Source: the human T2T-CHM13v2.0 reference genome, Homo sapiens. From it: a DNA stretch of 64,000 nucleotides. The stretch lies in assembly GCF_009914755.1 (NCBI RefSeq), contig NC_060934.1. One strand, given 5' to 3'. Shown here in pieces: positions 62,795 through 64,000 of this stretch (positions are counted from its first letter, which is position 1; every line of letters starts with the position of its first letter). Under the pieces are notes generated by a model. It had not been told where the DNA came from and did no database searches. It saw nothing but the letters and a program-made list of their open reading frames with translations. The position numbers and the translations under genes were made by a program.

Positions 62795-63160
62795 CACTGT
62801 TGCTCATTTGCTTTGGCAACGTGCATCAGAATCGCTGGGGAGCTTGCTGACACACAGATTTCTGGACCAATTCCTCCACAGTTTCCAATGAAGCAGGTCA
62901 GGAGTGGGGCCTGAAAATGTGCATTTCTGACGTGTTTCCAGCTGATGCTGATGCTGCTGGTCCAAGGACCACAAGGACCAAGGCCAGTACTTCTCAAGCT
63001 GTGGCTTTATCAGCATCACCTGGGAGGGTGATGGAAATGCACATTCTCAGGCCTCACCCCAGACCTACTGAGTCAGAAACCCCAAGAGTGGAACCCAACA
63101 ATGTTGTGTTTTAACTGCCTCCCAGTGATTCTGATGCCCACCACAGTTTGAGAACCATGG
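62795..63160. mobile_element. Two adjacent MER5A-like MITEs
   Basis: GCATCAGAATCGCTGGGGAGCTTG...GCTGATGCTGCTGGTCC and AGCATCACCTGGGAG...CCCCAGACCTACTGAGTCAGAAAC...TTTGAGAACCA. Confidence 0.75.
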
Positions 63161-64000
63161 GTCCTGCGTGCCCAGAGAATCAATAGCTACTCAGTTCCCA
63201 GTACAAGCTTTGTTTATAGGAAAGTGTCAGAAGTTAATTGAAGAACTGTTTGCCCATAAATTAGGTATACACTGTATTCTTCCTGGTTGCAGTCCTGTGG
63301 ATACATAGTCCCATGTAGCCAGCTCTCAGTTAATTTTGTGAGCTCAACAACGAAGGGGAAATACATTGATTGTCCACAGTATCTTCCCTTACAGATCCCA
63401 ACTGGCAAAACCTAGGCGGTGAAGGGGCTGAGGGACTGTGGGTGGGCTCCTGCCTGGGCTCAGTCTGGAAATATTTGTGTGTGTGCTTGATGCCAAAGTC
63501 AGATGCGCTTGGATTTTGAGTTACCCTTTTTGGATTAATCTCACCTCTGCTTTATTTAGCCAGAAATTAGAAACTGGAATCTGGTCTAAAAGCAATTGCA
63601 TATCCTCACAGTGGGCTCCTGACTCAAAAAGTCTCCAGGTAACAGATAATGATCTAAAGCTGAGGCTTGAGATAGACCACTGAGGATAGGCTAGAAATGG
63701 TAGGCAAAGCAAGAAAAAAAAAATCAAGAGAGAAAGTGGGCTGAGTTTACTTAGAAACTCACACTTATGTGTGTACACACACACACACTGGTATCCTCTC
63801 TCCAAGCAGCCTGAGCTGCTACATATTACAATCACCCCGGGAGCTTTGAAACCCTGACACTGAGGCAGCACCCCGAACCAATGATATCAGAATCTCAGGC
63901 TGAGATCCAGGCATCAGCCATTAAGAGACAACCCAGCAAAAAAAAAAAAAAAAAAGCCCGAAAATATCCTTTGTAAGTGGACAACTGAACAGCATTTATC

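Noticed and set aside
63214-63871. ORFs 63214..63408 and 63521..63871 (-) as possible upstream GUCY2GP exons
   Set aside because: No frame I translated resembles the expected kinase-homology exon (LYWTAPELL...GDVYSF)

Overview
Primate (human-type) genomic DNA, identified from its gene content as the TECTB / MIR6715 / GUCY2GP locus (human chr10q25.2, recalled rather than computed). About 1-24 kb is repeat-rich intergenic sequence (Alu, L1, L2, MIR, a ~1.4 kb Charlie DNA transposon, an ERVL-type LTR). The complete beta-tectorin gene TECTB lies on the + strand. It has a TATA box at 24371, a non-coding exon 1, and ten coding exons (24736-44313) that splice with GT-AG boundaries into a 990-nt ORF (329 aa: signal peptide, ZP module, KRKR furin site, GPI signal). 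Its poly(A) signals are at ~46.0 kb. TECTB intron 9 holds the MIR6715A/B hairpin. Converging on it from the - strand is the 3' half of the receptor guanylyl cyclase G pseudogene GUCY2GP: seven exons (59048-49174) with intact splice sites and intact catalytic residues, but two single-base deletions. Two strong, same-orientation CTCF motifs sit in its introns. I found no prokaryote-type system (CRISPR, operon, etc.) and no novel protein-coding gene; nearly all ORFs in the supplied track are repeat-derived or chance. The most testable ideas are regulatory: (i) antisense read-through from the pseudogene as the source of MIR6715B, (ii) a frame-preserving 33-nt microexon carrying the predicted GPI attachment region, (iii) three uORFs in the TECTB leader, and (iv) pseudogene-resident CTCF sites that may insulate TECTB.
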